A stretch of DNA of 62,979 bases, counting the filler, from Saprolegnia diclina VS20 (lineage: Eukaryota), in NCBI RefSeq assembly GCF_000281045.1. It is 8 parts of 3 records of this genome, joined end to end, with 100 filler letters (N's around TTAATTAATTAA, not from the genome) between each part and the next. Parts side by side here need not be neighbours in the genome. Positions count along the whole stretch, not along the records: positions 45,346 to 51,313 come from NW_008246073.1; positions 51,414 to 56,878 come from NW_008246074.1; positions 56,979 to 59,791 come from NW_008246075.1; 5 more parts are not named here. One strand, written 5' to 3'. This document shows, piece after piece, positions 47,973-58,837 of the stretch. The notes beneath the pieces are model-generated. The model worked only from the letters and a program-made list of their open reading frames with translations, did no database searches and was not told where the DNA came from. Position numbers and translations under genes: made by a program. Position 1 is the stretch's first letter. Each line of letters begins with the position of its first letter.

Positions 47973-49804
47973 GGTCGCGGCTCGTTGACCGTGCTAATGG
48001 TGAACGCAATCGTCGGACATGTTGTGCGGCGCTGGTGCAGTGTCCTTCGCCAAGAAGGTCGCCGTACTTCTCGCCAGCGAGAGCGGGTACCGCGAGACAG
48101 GAGGTGCTCTCGGTGTGTCCAAGTCGTGGCGTATTTTACATCGTGCGAGCATTTTCCAAGGTCCTCGCCAGTCGATCTCTCGATTGGTCGCAGCTTCCAA
48201 CAACCATTGCGGGATGGCGTTCCTTGGAGCGCGGTTTCGAGGCGAAACAAGGCATGGTTGGCGTTGGATACTGTTGCCGGCCACCGCGTCTGGCGTCGTG
48301 ACCGCTAGAGGTGGTGGCCGTGGAGGCAGGCGGCGTCGTGAGGCAGCCTTTTGGTGGCAGCCTTCTTGGTCATCTTGCGCTGCACAGGCACATTAGTCGT
48401 GGTGTTTGACGCGCCTCGCGCTGCGCGCCCCGCAACCAAAACGGCGAGGTGGCAGATAATCTGGGATTCCAAAGCCATTCGCCCGGAGTTTTTCCCGAAT
48501 TCCGGACGATGTACGGTTAGTTATTTGCCATCGTGGCGAATACCAGCCAATGGGGAGCTTGGAGCGCCATTAGCAGCGCGAGGTTCGAGCTAGTAATATA
48601 TCCTCCAGCATCCGCAACATTTAAGCCATCAGCCCCACCTCATCAACCAAGCACAGCTTGTTTTCGTTATCACCATACATGTAGCTTTTCGCTTTGCGAA
48701 TGCCTTGAGTTTGCAATGTGGGGACAGCTTGTGGGACCAACAAGAGTATCTTGGCGGCCACCAGCCATTTTTGGTACTAGTAACGTCGGTGGTGTTGTAG
48801 GCAGCAATGTCACAATTTCGTTTCTCGAACTCAGTCAAGAAGGGTGCTTCTTGGTAGGTTTCGCCGCCTACCATGGCCCATCACTGGGCCATCATTCTCC
48901 ACTCGGCGTGTGGGTTTTGCACGCGTCGCCTCAAGGGAGTAGCCCTTGGCGATGACGTTTTCCCCCCACACACACAGACCAGCGAGACCCGACTCGCACA
49001 CCCACAGCCTAACTGGTTTGTCTAGCCGGTTAGCTTAGTCGGTTAGATCAACCGACTAGCCGAAACCGCTCTCGGTTTCCGGCCCTCAGTGCTCACACGT
49101 GCCCAGCCTCCGAGCTGCCACGACAAGCAATGGCCCACTGTCTTGCCAGCTGCTACAGCACGTCGTTGAGGTTTAGTTAGTCGCAGGCCTTTCGTAAACC
49201 GTCGGCCTGCGCCCTCTCAGCCGAGCCCCAAAGTCTCTGCGAGCCACCAGTTCGGCTCCAACGCTCCGCTAATATACACCGAGCCTGGTCAGCTTACTTC
49301 TTCTTTTGGTTTCTCGACCTCAAGTGCTTCTTGTTTGTTTCTTCCCTCTCGACTAACTCCGAGCACGCTCGTTTTGGGGCCAACAAGAGCATTTTGGCGC
49401 CGGCCAGCCTCTGGAGTGGCGTGGTTGGGAACGCTTTTCATCGAGAGGCCACGGGCGCAAAAGATACGATTCTCGTCCGTGCCTTGGCCACGATCACTTG
49501 TCCTCGATTCTTCGATACACCCTTCTCACTGGCTCGTCGTTCTGCACAAAAACTGTTTCCACTTCTTGGAATCGTCCCGTCCCTAACGAAACGCTTCTCA
49601 CGCGGCCACGGAGCTTGCTATCGCTGTTGCCAGATTGCGTAGCTGTGCGAGGGACGTGCGCGACGAACGCTATTTGCACGGCGAGGATCCACGACACAGA
49701 ACGANNNNNNNNNNNNNNNNNNNNNNNNNNNNNNNNNNNNNNNNNNNNNNNNNNNNNNNNNNNNNNNNNNNNNNNNNNNNNNNNNNNNNNNNNNNNNNNN
49801 NNNN

Positions 49805-50209
49805 GGCCTCGGGAGTGCTGTCTTTCGCCATGCCGGGCGTGTGGTGGCGCCAGCAGAAGCAACCGGCACGCGCATGGGTCTCACACTTGTCCTTGCGGCT
49901 CCGCCGTCCGCCACCGTGGCGAATGCACTTGCCTTTAGTGTGCTGAATGTTGACGCACCCAGGTTCGAGGCAAAGTTTCTTCCCCGACTTGGGCCCGTGG
50001 CGACAACAGTAGGAACGTATGCGAGCATTCGCCGAACAGCCCGCATGGATGCAAGTCCGGCGGCCGCCATGGCTGACGCAAAGCTGACGAGCATATACTT
50101 GGTTGCGGCAGTCGGGTACCTTGCAGATGCTGCGGCTCTTGTGGAACTCGCACTTGGTCGAGTTCTCGAGACTTTGTTGCGAGCAACCTTCAAAAATGCA
50201 CGACGACAT
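49805..50209 (-). CDS. WRKY19-like tandem C-x4-C-x9/10-C-x2-H zinc-finger protein (3' end in gap)
   Basis: CKVPDCRNQVYARQLCVSHGG, CIHAGCSANARIRSYCCRHG, CLEPGCVNIQHTKGKCIRHGGG. Confidence 0.8.
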
Positions 50210-51413
50210 GATACGCTGAGATCGGGATGTGGCAAAGGAGCCAAGTTGGGAAATGAGGTGTGCTCGGCTGTTGCGATGTGGCAGCCAAAAAAACGCCAGG
50301 TCCACACCAGAATGTATGCTTGTTACGATAATATACCATCTGGTATCGGCCTTCAAGTATTGCTCCTTACGTTTACTAAGACCAAACGGGCCGACAGCGA
50401 CCTTCTTGGCACGCATGGACCACAAGTGTCCACAAGCAGAATCGATGGAGGCGTCTCAGATACCCTCAAAGCGCAAACTGAAAAAACTTGTGGGTGGGCA
50501 CCGATGTCATCAAGCGGAAATCAATGTGCCAACGATCCAAACAATGGAAACGACAAGTCTTTTTCAAAGTGTATGCGCTCGATGGAGACACACAGGCGGC
50601 GCCGCAGGCCTGACTGACAGCGCAAGAAAACATGGAATTATACACTGTCGTTGCGCCTCGCTACGAGCCCACGATTTGCAGCCGAGGAGGTGTGTGAATC
50701 TCGTAAGACAACAGGGCATCAGATCGTACGTCGATGCCAACTGATTCGACTCGACAAGGGCAACGAGATGGGTTCGAAGAACGGCTCACATTAACATGTT
50801 GGTGGCTGTGTTGTGGGGCTGACACCAATGTTGTTGGCGAGGAGACCGGCTGGTGGCATGACGACGCATCGAGGCAACTGCAAATGCCAGAATCACACGA
50901 GCAAAGTCCTCCGTTTCCTGCAACCTAAGAAAGGACCGCACGACGAACCAAGTCCTCCACTCTGGTGTCCACTAAGTGTGCGAAGCGTGGCACTGGGATC
51001 CAATGGCTGTACGACGAGTACACGAAGGTGCTTCCATGACTGCATCAGAAGTGCGGCTACTTCTACAAGTGAGATGCGCTATCATTTGCCTTCTTCTTGG
51101 CCGGTGCACTCGCTTGCGACAAAAACCATTGGCGCAAAATGTACTCTCTGCACACAGCGTCAAGTGGTGAGCAGGACGGACAGCGAACGTACCGCTCTTC
51201 CTCGAGCTTGGTGCACCATGTTGCCAGCGACGCCTAATACGCGCAGCATATCAACGCGTCGCTCAGAGCAGTAAAAGACGCTGTAAAAGACTACGAACCA
51301 GTGCAGCTTCCGANNNNNNNNNNNNNNNNNNNNNNNNNNNNNNNNNNNNNNNNNNNNTTAATTAATTAANNNNNNNNNNNNNNNNNNNNNNNNNNNNNNN
51401 NNNNNNNNNNNNN

Positions 51414-51510
51414 GTCGTTGGTGGCGCGGTCGTTGTTGGCGCAGTCGTCGGTGGCGCAGTCGTTGGTGGCGCAGTCGTCGTTGGCGCAGTCGTTGGTGGC
51501 GCAGTCGTCA
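51414..51510 (-). repeat. 15-bp tandem repeat encoding TTAPP/TTAPT (runs into gap)
   Basis: GTCGTYGKTGGCGCR units on the plus strand. Confidence 0.85.
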
Positions 51511-52744
51511 GCGGGGCTGCAGTTGACTCAACTGCATCACCATTGAGCCTACAATCAATGATCACGATGTTTCCAATCTCTTGGCAATTTGGAATAAGGC
51601 AGCGCGGCGCCATTGTTGGTTTTCGTACTCTCGGGGTTGTGCCATTTGCACGAGAGCTGCTGCAGCGTCTTGCTCGTCGTCTACCACCAGCGCTTCCGGG
51701 TCCGTCAATGGACCCAATGCTTCGAAGCATGTGATGCAAGAGAACACACCGGGCAGAAGCTCCCGGCGCTTACCCTTGTATACACGTCGTCCACAGTCCA
51801 AACACTTCTTCTGTGGCATGTGTCCTGCGAGTTCATTATCGTGAGTCGACGTGCTCGCAGAAGCCTGGAGGGCGATACTAGTCGTCCACCAAGTTGTGTC
51901 AATACTAGTACCTGGGAGTGTCGTCTCGTTGCCAAGGTTGATGCGCACACAAAAGCTCTTGAGTGGGCTCAAACGCTGAGAAGTGTGGGGCCGGGCAATG
52001 AAATATCGCCGCCATGCATCCTGGTGCCACGGAGCTGTGCCACGGTTTTTGAAGTGCCGTCCGTGTACTACTGTGTGCAGGCTAATGACTGTATAGAATC
52101 TACAAGATAAGTGTCTACATCAACGTCACTTAAGAATTTGGACACGCGACGACATCGTCAATAATGTAGATACACGCTAACCTTTGCTACGCATATATAG
52201 CTATGTTGCTAAACATGATGTGTAGCACATCGCCTTGTCGCGTGACCGAATCGGTTTACAAGAATCAACGTGTAGTATTTTGTTGCGTAAGTATTGAATT
52301 ATTAATATGGCAAAATTCTAAAAGCACCGTCCTTATTGTCTGGCTCAAGGAGCAAATTGGACATGTAATAACTACAAAACCACTTTGAATTGGACATCCC
52401 TGAGACTCTCACTTGATTCGAAAATGTCTGAATATGATGCGGTATGCTTGGAAAGCTCTGTATGCGCTGTTTACATGTTCAAATAGCGCTTCCAAAATGG
52501 TCGAAGAACACCAACGCGACGTCAGCACGCACAGCCATGCAAGTCGATATTCTTCGATTTCTTGAAGTTCGAAGAGTCTGAGGCGATACTAAATCTACTA
52601 TTAAACATTCATTCTACCGGTTTATGCGAACTTCGATGCATACAAACACCAGGCTTAATAAATGTGTCGTTCTTGCTACCTGCTTATGGTGACCGTCTTC
52701 AGTGACATTCGTGTCCGGATGGGGGGGAAATCCGGATAGAAAAA

Positions 52745-52817
52745 TCGGCGCGTCGGGTTCGAACCGGCGACCTCGGGAGGCAGAAGCAGGAATCATACCG
52801 CTCGGCTCAAGCGTCCC
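52745..52817 (-). pseudogene. tRNA-Pro-like degenerate element (tRNA pseudogene or SINE head)
   Basis: A-box TGAGCCGAGCGG, tRNA-Pro-like GGTATGATTCCTGCTT, B-box GGTTCGAACCC followed by TTTTT; anticodon and acceptor stems pair poorly. Confidence 0.55.
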
Positions 52818-54397
52818 CCCCCTAGTCATATTTGTTGTTGTTGTTGTTGGAATGAGTCTATTGAGATATTATTTCCTACAGGTTTTTCTGTTTTTGTTTA
52901 CACGGTGCGTTGAGAGGCGGGCGTCTTTTGGCGAGAGTGCGTATTTTTGGTGATTTGTTGTGGGGGGTTTGGACACGGCACGAGAGAAAAGAGAAGAAAG
53001 GAAGCAGGGGCAGCCACTGGAAGAGAAGGCATTCGTCGGACGTTGGGAGTGGTACCCATCAGCGCTACGCTTGCGTGGAGGCCCATACGACAAAGGTGTT
53101 GTCCAAACATTATACTTGGAATTTGTATGTACCAAACAATTGCAACCCGGCCAACTCCAAATCCCTCCCAAACCTACCCCTCCAGACCCCATTTGGCCAA
53201 TCCAGGTTGCGATAAGTGATATATATTTGATATGTTCGGATATGACTGGTCGCGATTTACTCTACTGTGTATTCATTGGACGCGATTTGTAATTTTGTGG
53301 AGACACCGTGGGAGCCACAAGCAAGATCATGGAGGCGCCGCAGGACGCGCTGACGCGCAAGGCTCCAACCTGAGCGAATCGGCCGGACCTGAGCGAATCG
53401 GTCGGATCAGAAGACTTGGCTTATGTCGCCAAATGCAGCCCCGGCCTACCTCGACTGCGCCTTTAGTCGGAGACACGAAATGCACTGCGAGTACGTGCCG
53501 CGCTATCGCCGTCGCCTCGATCGCCCAGTGCGAAAGCTCCACGTGGCGAGGCCAGCCACCGAGGCCACCCGCGATGCGAACGACGATGCTGGAGGCGGAG
53601 ACGCCGAGGCGGACCTCGAAGATGCCACCAGCTTCACGCCGCCGCCGCTGAGAAAGTCTCTCGACAACATGTGCCCGGCAGTGATGAGCACACCCTGGAA
53701 TAAGATCAAACTTCAGCTGCGGCTACGATCTAGTAAACCCGACCGCGTAATGCATTTCCTTTCCCATCGATGCCTACTGGTGATGTGGCACCCATCGACT
53801 TTCTGCTTGCCGATAGGTAGATCGACGTCACTTTTGCTGTCGTTTGCCTGATGTCATTTTGCTCAGCGTGCTCTAAACACCAACATGATCATGTGTCTAT
53901 CGTGCTCCGCGTACTTGTATGTTGGACACCAACACGATCAAGTGTCCGTGATGCTACAAGGCGCTTACCACAAGATCTCATGCCTATAAGTCTAATGCAG
54001 CAGTAAACATGCTATGCTCCCATCGTTATACGGGGCGGGCGGGAGTTGAATCACACACGCGAGGTCGAGCTCATCGCGCCGCAGCACGAAGAGCCGCAAT
54101 CCGCGCCAAAGATCCGGAGCGTCTTACACTATTTTCGTTTCTCCAATGGGAAGCGTGGATTGTTTGGCCACATTTGTCCCCTCGGCCAATCAGATCGTGC
54201 GATTTCAACGAGAGTTCAACAGCTATGAAAGGATCGCCCTTTTGGCGAGGGTGCGTATTTTTGGTGTTTGTTGTGTTCCTTCGAGGCTAAGTGAGTAACG
54301 ACGCCCTCTTGGCCATCCCCGAACGGGTCACGGCACGGCGGTTCTTCCGCTTGGGTACACCGCGCAGAGGCAGGAGGTCGGCCAATTGAATTTGCAT

Positions 54398-54476
54398 GCG
54401 CGCAGCTGGATTTGAACCCGCTATCCGTTCGAGCTCGAATTTAAGTGGAACGCCTCGACCACTACACCAGGGGCCG
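54398..54476 (-). pseudogene. tRNA-Leu(TAA)-like degenerate element
   Basis: A-box TGGTGTAGTGG, GGTCGAGGCGTTCCACTTAA, long variable region, B-box GGTTCAAATCC; stems imperfect. Confidence 0.5.
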
Positions 54477-55074
54477 ACCCTCATATTTGTTGTTGTTGTT
54501 GAAGTGAGTCTATTTAGATATAATTTACACTGAACTGTTTTTGACTAGTCATATTTGTATGATATCAAGATGCAAATTGCACTCGCGAGCAGATAACGCG
54601 TCGTCCAATATGGTGCCATCATTTTTGCATGCACCCAGAAACCGCGGGTTCCCTCCGCGCATCAGATGCAGTAGGGTTCGGGGTGTCGTCTGTACGTAGT
54701 TGCTTTGTGTTTTGTATACTTTTGCCGCGCTCTCTTGGTGACGGTATACACCTACAACACGCGGCAATACCTGTATAGAATGCAACAACTTGTCCGCCTG
54801 TACATATACATTTTTGCAGCTGTCGTCGCGTCGCGAGGTGTGTTGTGGTCGAAAGGATTGCTCTACTTCGTGCAAGAGACTGCACAACAAAAAGTCTGGT
54901 GTGTTGGTGTCGTTGTTGAAGTGGGTCGTCTGTTAAAATAGATACGTATCAATAAATCTACGCTAAATAAAATTGTCGGACTTTCTTCGTTGTGTAGGCG
55001 CTGGTATTGATCTGGATCTAGTCGCGTGTCGCACTTGACGAACGTGTATTCAGTCAACATATGTTTAGGTTAAA

Positions 55075-55907
55075 TTACGCCGACGCACGGCGGCCCGAGT
55101 AGGCGCTACCGCTCCACGACGCAGAACCGACCTGCGACTTGAGGTAGCACCAGTCGCCGTTGACCGTGTAGGCGGCGCAGTTGCCGACGCCGTTGCAATA
55201 GTTGCAGCACTGGCCCGAGCGCTCGCCGGCGTTGCCCCAGACCTGCTTGCGGTCAATGTCGTTGCCGTAAAAATCCGTGTTCCACTGCGTCGCCGCGCAC
55301 TTGCCGTTGCCGTTCATGATGCCGCCGACGACGCCGCCGCTCCCAAACTTGTTGGCGATCGCGTTCTTCATGTAGCAAAAGTCGCCGCTCACCGAGAAGC
55401 CGACGCACTGGTCGTTGCCCTTGCAGCCGCTGGCGCACGCACTCGCCTTGGCGTTGGCGTCGCCCCACACCTGGAACCGGCCAATGTCGTTGCCCCAAAA
55501 GTCCGTGTTGTCGTACATCTGAAAGCTCGCGCTCGGGTTGCCGCCGCTGCCGCCCTCGGGGCAGAACGTGACCGAGAACTTGGTGTCCATCGGGCACGCG
55601 TGCGTCTTGGTGTTGTCGGCCGGGAACAACTAGGCGTCACCCGAGTCGGCCTTGGTGACGCGGAGCTCCGTGCACGAGCCCTGGCCCGCGTTGGTGGTGG
55701 GCGTCACGTACACGGGCACGTTGAAGCCGCTCTTGCCCGTGACGTCCTTGCAGTTCTGGTAGCTGTTGCAGTTGCCCGGCATCGGCATGAACTTTGTGTG
55801 GTACGACGTGAGTCACGTCGTACCACACAAAGTTCATGCCGTTGCTGTTGATGGTCGAGTACTCGATGAGGTTGACGTCGTCCTTCTCCGTGTGCTTGAA
55901 GAGGCCT
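55075..55907 (-). pseudogene. Thaumatin-like domain + two PAN/Apple domains, disrupted; 5' end in gap
   Basis: WYDV...GFNVPVYVTP...DA*LFPADNTKTHACP, then NTDFWGNDI..C...C....CVGFS....CYMK and NTDFYGNDI..CC..C....CAAYT....CYLK. In-frame TAG at 55630-55632 and a frameshift at the 55783-55841 palindrome. Confidence 0.72.
55783..55841. repeat. Perfect 59-bp palindrome (29-bp arms, 1-nt centre)
   Basis: cggcatgaactttgtgtggtacgacgtga-g-tcacgtcgtaccacacaaagttcatgccg. Confidence 0.97.
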
Positions 55908-56122
55908 NNNNNNNNNNNNNNNNNNNNNNNNNNNNNNNNNNNNNNNNNNNNNNNNNNNNNNNNNNNNNNNNNNNNNNNNNNNNNNNNNNNNNNNNNNNNN
56001 NNNNNNNAACCCGAATGCGACCATCGTTTTTCCGGCCACTCTTTTGGCTCTTACGGTAGAGTGTCGCTACCGAACCAGCCACGAACGTCGTTGCAAAGAT
56101 TAATATCCATAGATTAACTCGT

Positions 56123-56422
56123 TCAGGCCACGGCCCGTCGCGCTCTCAATCGCTCGTCGCGCCGCAAGTTCAAGATCATTTGCTGCTGATTTTGCAGTAC
56201 GCTGTGAAGGGTCACATTTTCTTCTTGGAGACGGTCGATGTCGGTGCGGAGCTCGTCTGCAATATCTTTCCACGACACCATCGGCGTGGCGCGGCGCAGT
56301 GCGAGGTGCTTCTCGAGGAGCGCGGCGGTCTCGATAAGCTCGCCACGGAGCTTGAGGTGGGCTTGCTTGTACCGACGCTGCATCATGCGCTGGTACGCGT
56401 TGCGGCACTTGGGGCGCGTCAT
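56123..56422 (-). CDS. Short basic/coiled-coil protein resembling the N-terminus of oomycete M96-like/bZIP-like families
   Basis: RNAYQRMMQRRYK basic region, Leu heptads, VSWKDIADELR motif; real ATG and coding-like codons. Confidence 0.55.
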   Translation of the reverse strand: MTRPKCRNAYQRMMQRRYKQAHLKLRGELIETAALLEKHLALRRATPMVSWKDIADELRTDIDRLQEENVTLHSVLQNQQQMILNLRRDERLRARRAVA

Positions 56423-56979
56423 GGATCGAATGGGAAAATGACGTCCTCTTGTGGCGGCCGTGGTCTGCGTGGAGCCTTTTTATTTGCACTCCAGAGGTAT
56501 ACGTAAACAGCGTCACTCATCAAGTAGCAGCCGTTCTGGTCATGATAACTCGTTTGTGTGTTTCTGTGTCTGTTTGGCCCGTCCCGCATGGTCTACGGCA
56601 CCAGCGAAGACTCCAGCTGGCCGGTCCGCTTTCGAAGGGTGGGTCCTGCGTACATGCAGCGCGACCGTGTGTGCACGGAGCCGTTGGTATGCGAAAAGCA
56701 ATCGAGCCACTGTTGCAACTGCGCCTGGGATGCGGCAAAAGTAGCTAGCTGTTTGCGAGGTTGGCAAGTCGACACACAAAGATTTCGCATACGTAGAGAC
56801 TAGCAATCTCCTTCTTCTTCATTCGCTCTCCGGTCCGTGGTTGCGCAGGCGGCGGCGCGGGGGCTCGTCTGGCTCTTCNNNNNNNNNNNNNNNNNNNNNN
56901 NNNNNNNNNNNNNNNNNNNNNNTTAATTAATTAANNNNNNNNNNNNNNNNNNNNNNNNNNNNNNNNNNNNNNNNNNNNC

Positions 56980-57063
56980 TTCCAGGCCAACGGCAAGAAG
57001 TGCCGTGACGAGGACAAGTGCGAAAAGTACAACGACTACTTCTCGCAGTGCATCCCCAAGTAG
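56980..57063 (+). CDS. C-terminal CBM1-like fragment of a gene truncated by a gap
   Basis: FQANGKKCRDEDKCEKYNDYFSQCIPK-stop (N.Y[YF]SQC signature). Confidence 0.7.
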   Translation, partial: FQANGKKCRDEDKCEKYNDYFSQCIPK

Positions 57064-58812
57064 ACTCTAGTCGGACCCGTTTTGGTAGAAAACTCTTAAA
57101 ATTGTTTTTACATGTTTTAGTGAGCTCACGAGCTTGGTCTCTAGCTGTATAACCTCAAAAAGCAACAAATAACGCGCAAAGGCGGTCTTGTCGACAGTGT
57201 TATCGTCGCGAGGCCGTTGCAAAGCCCAAGTCTGCCTTGATCTCGACACGCCACTTGAAGAGCTTGCAAATGGAATGTCGTTGTTGCTTGCAGCAGTATG
57301 GTAGCCAAGGCCCGACTGGCTACAGTGCTTATATCGTCGAGTCAAGCTTGAGGGCAGCAAGACCAGGCGAGGTGGACATCCTGGCACTAGCACATGGCGA
57401 TACTCGTCGTTCTCCTGACGTGGCAGCCTACCATGCCACGACGCTACTTCAACCTGATTGGATCTTTTGGCAACAAATTAATTCCTAAAAGTTCANNNNN
57501 NNNNNNNNNNNNNNNNNNNNNNNNNNNNNNNNNNNNNNNNNNNNNNNNNNNNNNNNNNNNNNNNNNNNNNNNNNNNNNNNNNNNNNNNNNNNNNNTACTC
57601 GTCGTTCTCCTGACGTGGCAGCCTACCATGCCACGACGCTACTTCAACCTGATTGGATCTTTTGGCAACAAATTAATTCCTAAAAGTTCAAAAATTGAAG
57701 AAATCTAAAATGAGCTGCCACTTCTTGGGTTCTCATTCCACCGCGCATGCGATTGCGCCGACATGCGGCAAAGCTTGGTCGAAAAAGCTGCCTATTAGCT
57801 GCAAGAGCCCCCTCGCACAATGCGCCTTCGATGCAGCTACGATGTGCTGCGAGGTATGCGCTGGAGGGACTCGGGATGGGGCCAGTCGTCGAACGTTCGC
57901 AGCTTCGTATGGTCGCACATGTCCGTACCGGTACGGGAAAGCTGCAAGCATTCGGTGGCCGGGATGAATCAGGTGCCCCGAATCTCTGCAAATCTCGGCG
58001 GGACTTATGAAGTCGACGCTTGTGATTGGTTGGCAACTGCGTTGGATTGTAACCAAGTTGACACATACGGTCTCATAGCGCTGATTTCAGGGAGTATACC
58101 CTTGCCTGGACCTATCAGAGGCCGCGGCCTGCTTCAACGTGCCGTCGGAGAAGTTAATATTCACCGGAGAAGGTCCTGAGCTCTCGTACAAGAATGTACC
58201 AAGCGCCACGACAATGAGGATAAAGCACGGTGGTGCTATCTAGCGTAGCAAGCCGCGTCCAGCGCTCCTCGAGGGCAGCGACAAGCCAACTGGATGTGAG
58301 GGAATTTCCCCTTGGAAATTTGCTTGGTCCAAGCGAAGTTCGAAGATATCTAGAGGCTGAACGCACGCAACGTCTCGTGGCTGCCCATCCCCTGCGACCA
58401 AGCATGTTGGCGAATCCTCGTGTGCACTGCAGGGGCGTGCATCGCGGGATCCGCTGCAAACGCGTACCAGTATCGCAGCTGTGGTTTTCAACTGCAGCCA
58501 TGCGAAACGCCTCGAGCGACATGGAGCGCAGCCAACGAAGATGGCTCTTACGGTGCTTGAGTGGGGCAGATGGCGGCCGCTTGCGCTGATCGCTACATCC
58601 TACTACATACTGCACACGAGGCTATTTTCCTACACTGTACGCCCATACATTTTTCAAATGCAACGAGTATCGTGCGCGCTGCACTGCCTGACGGAATGGG
58701 TTGCGTGTGATGAGACTGTCTTCGAACTTCGGTCCCGGCCTTTCCAGCCGCCTGGCGCCACCGGGTTCGACGCGCCGCCAGATGATAGCCAGCTGCGCGG
58801 TGCATCCCAAGA

Positions 58813-58828
58813 TCACTTTCCATTTTGC
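58813..58828 (+). promoter_or_regulatory. Oomycete INR+FPR core promoter element
   Basis: TCACTTTCCATTTTGC, 25 nt upstream of ATG 58838. Confidence 0.6.
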
Positions 58829-58837
58829 CTCGGCCCC

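Noticed and set aside
51560..52110. Minus-strand ORF with CLDC...CITC motif
   Set aside because: Frame-broken relative to the TTAPP repeat and has no clear start; cannot be assigned
52745..54476. Functional tRNA genes
   Set aside because: A and B boxes are present but anticodon and acceptor stems do not pair; reported as tRNA-derived elements instead
57401..57690. About 95-bp exact direct repeat (57401-57495 and 57596-57690)
   Set aside because: The copies abut both sides of a 100-N gap; a typical unmerged contig overlap
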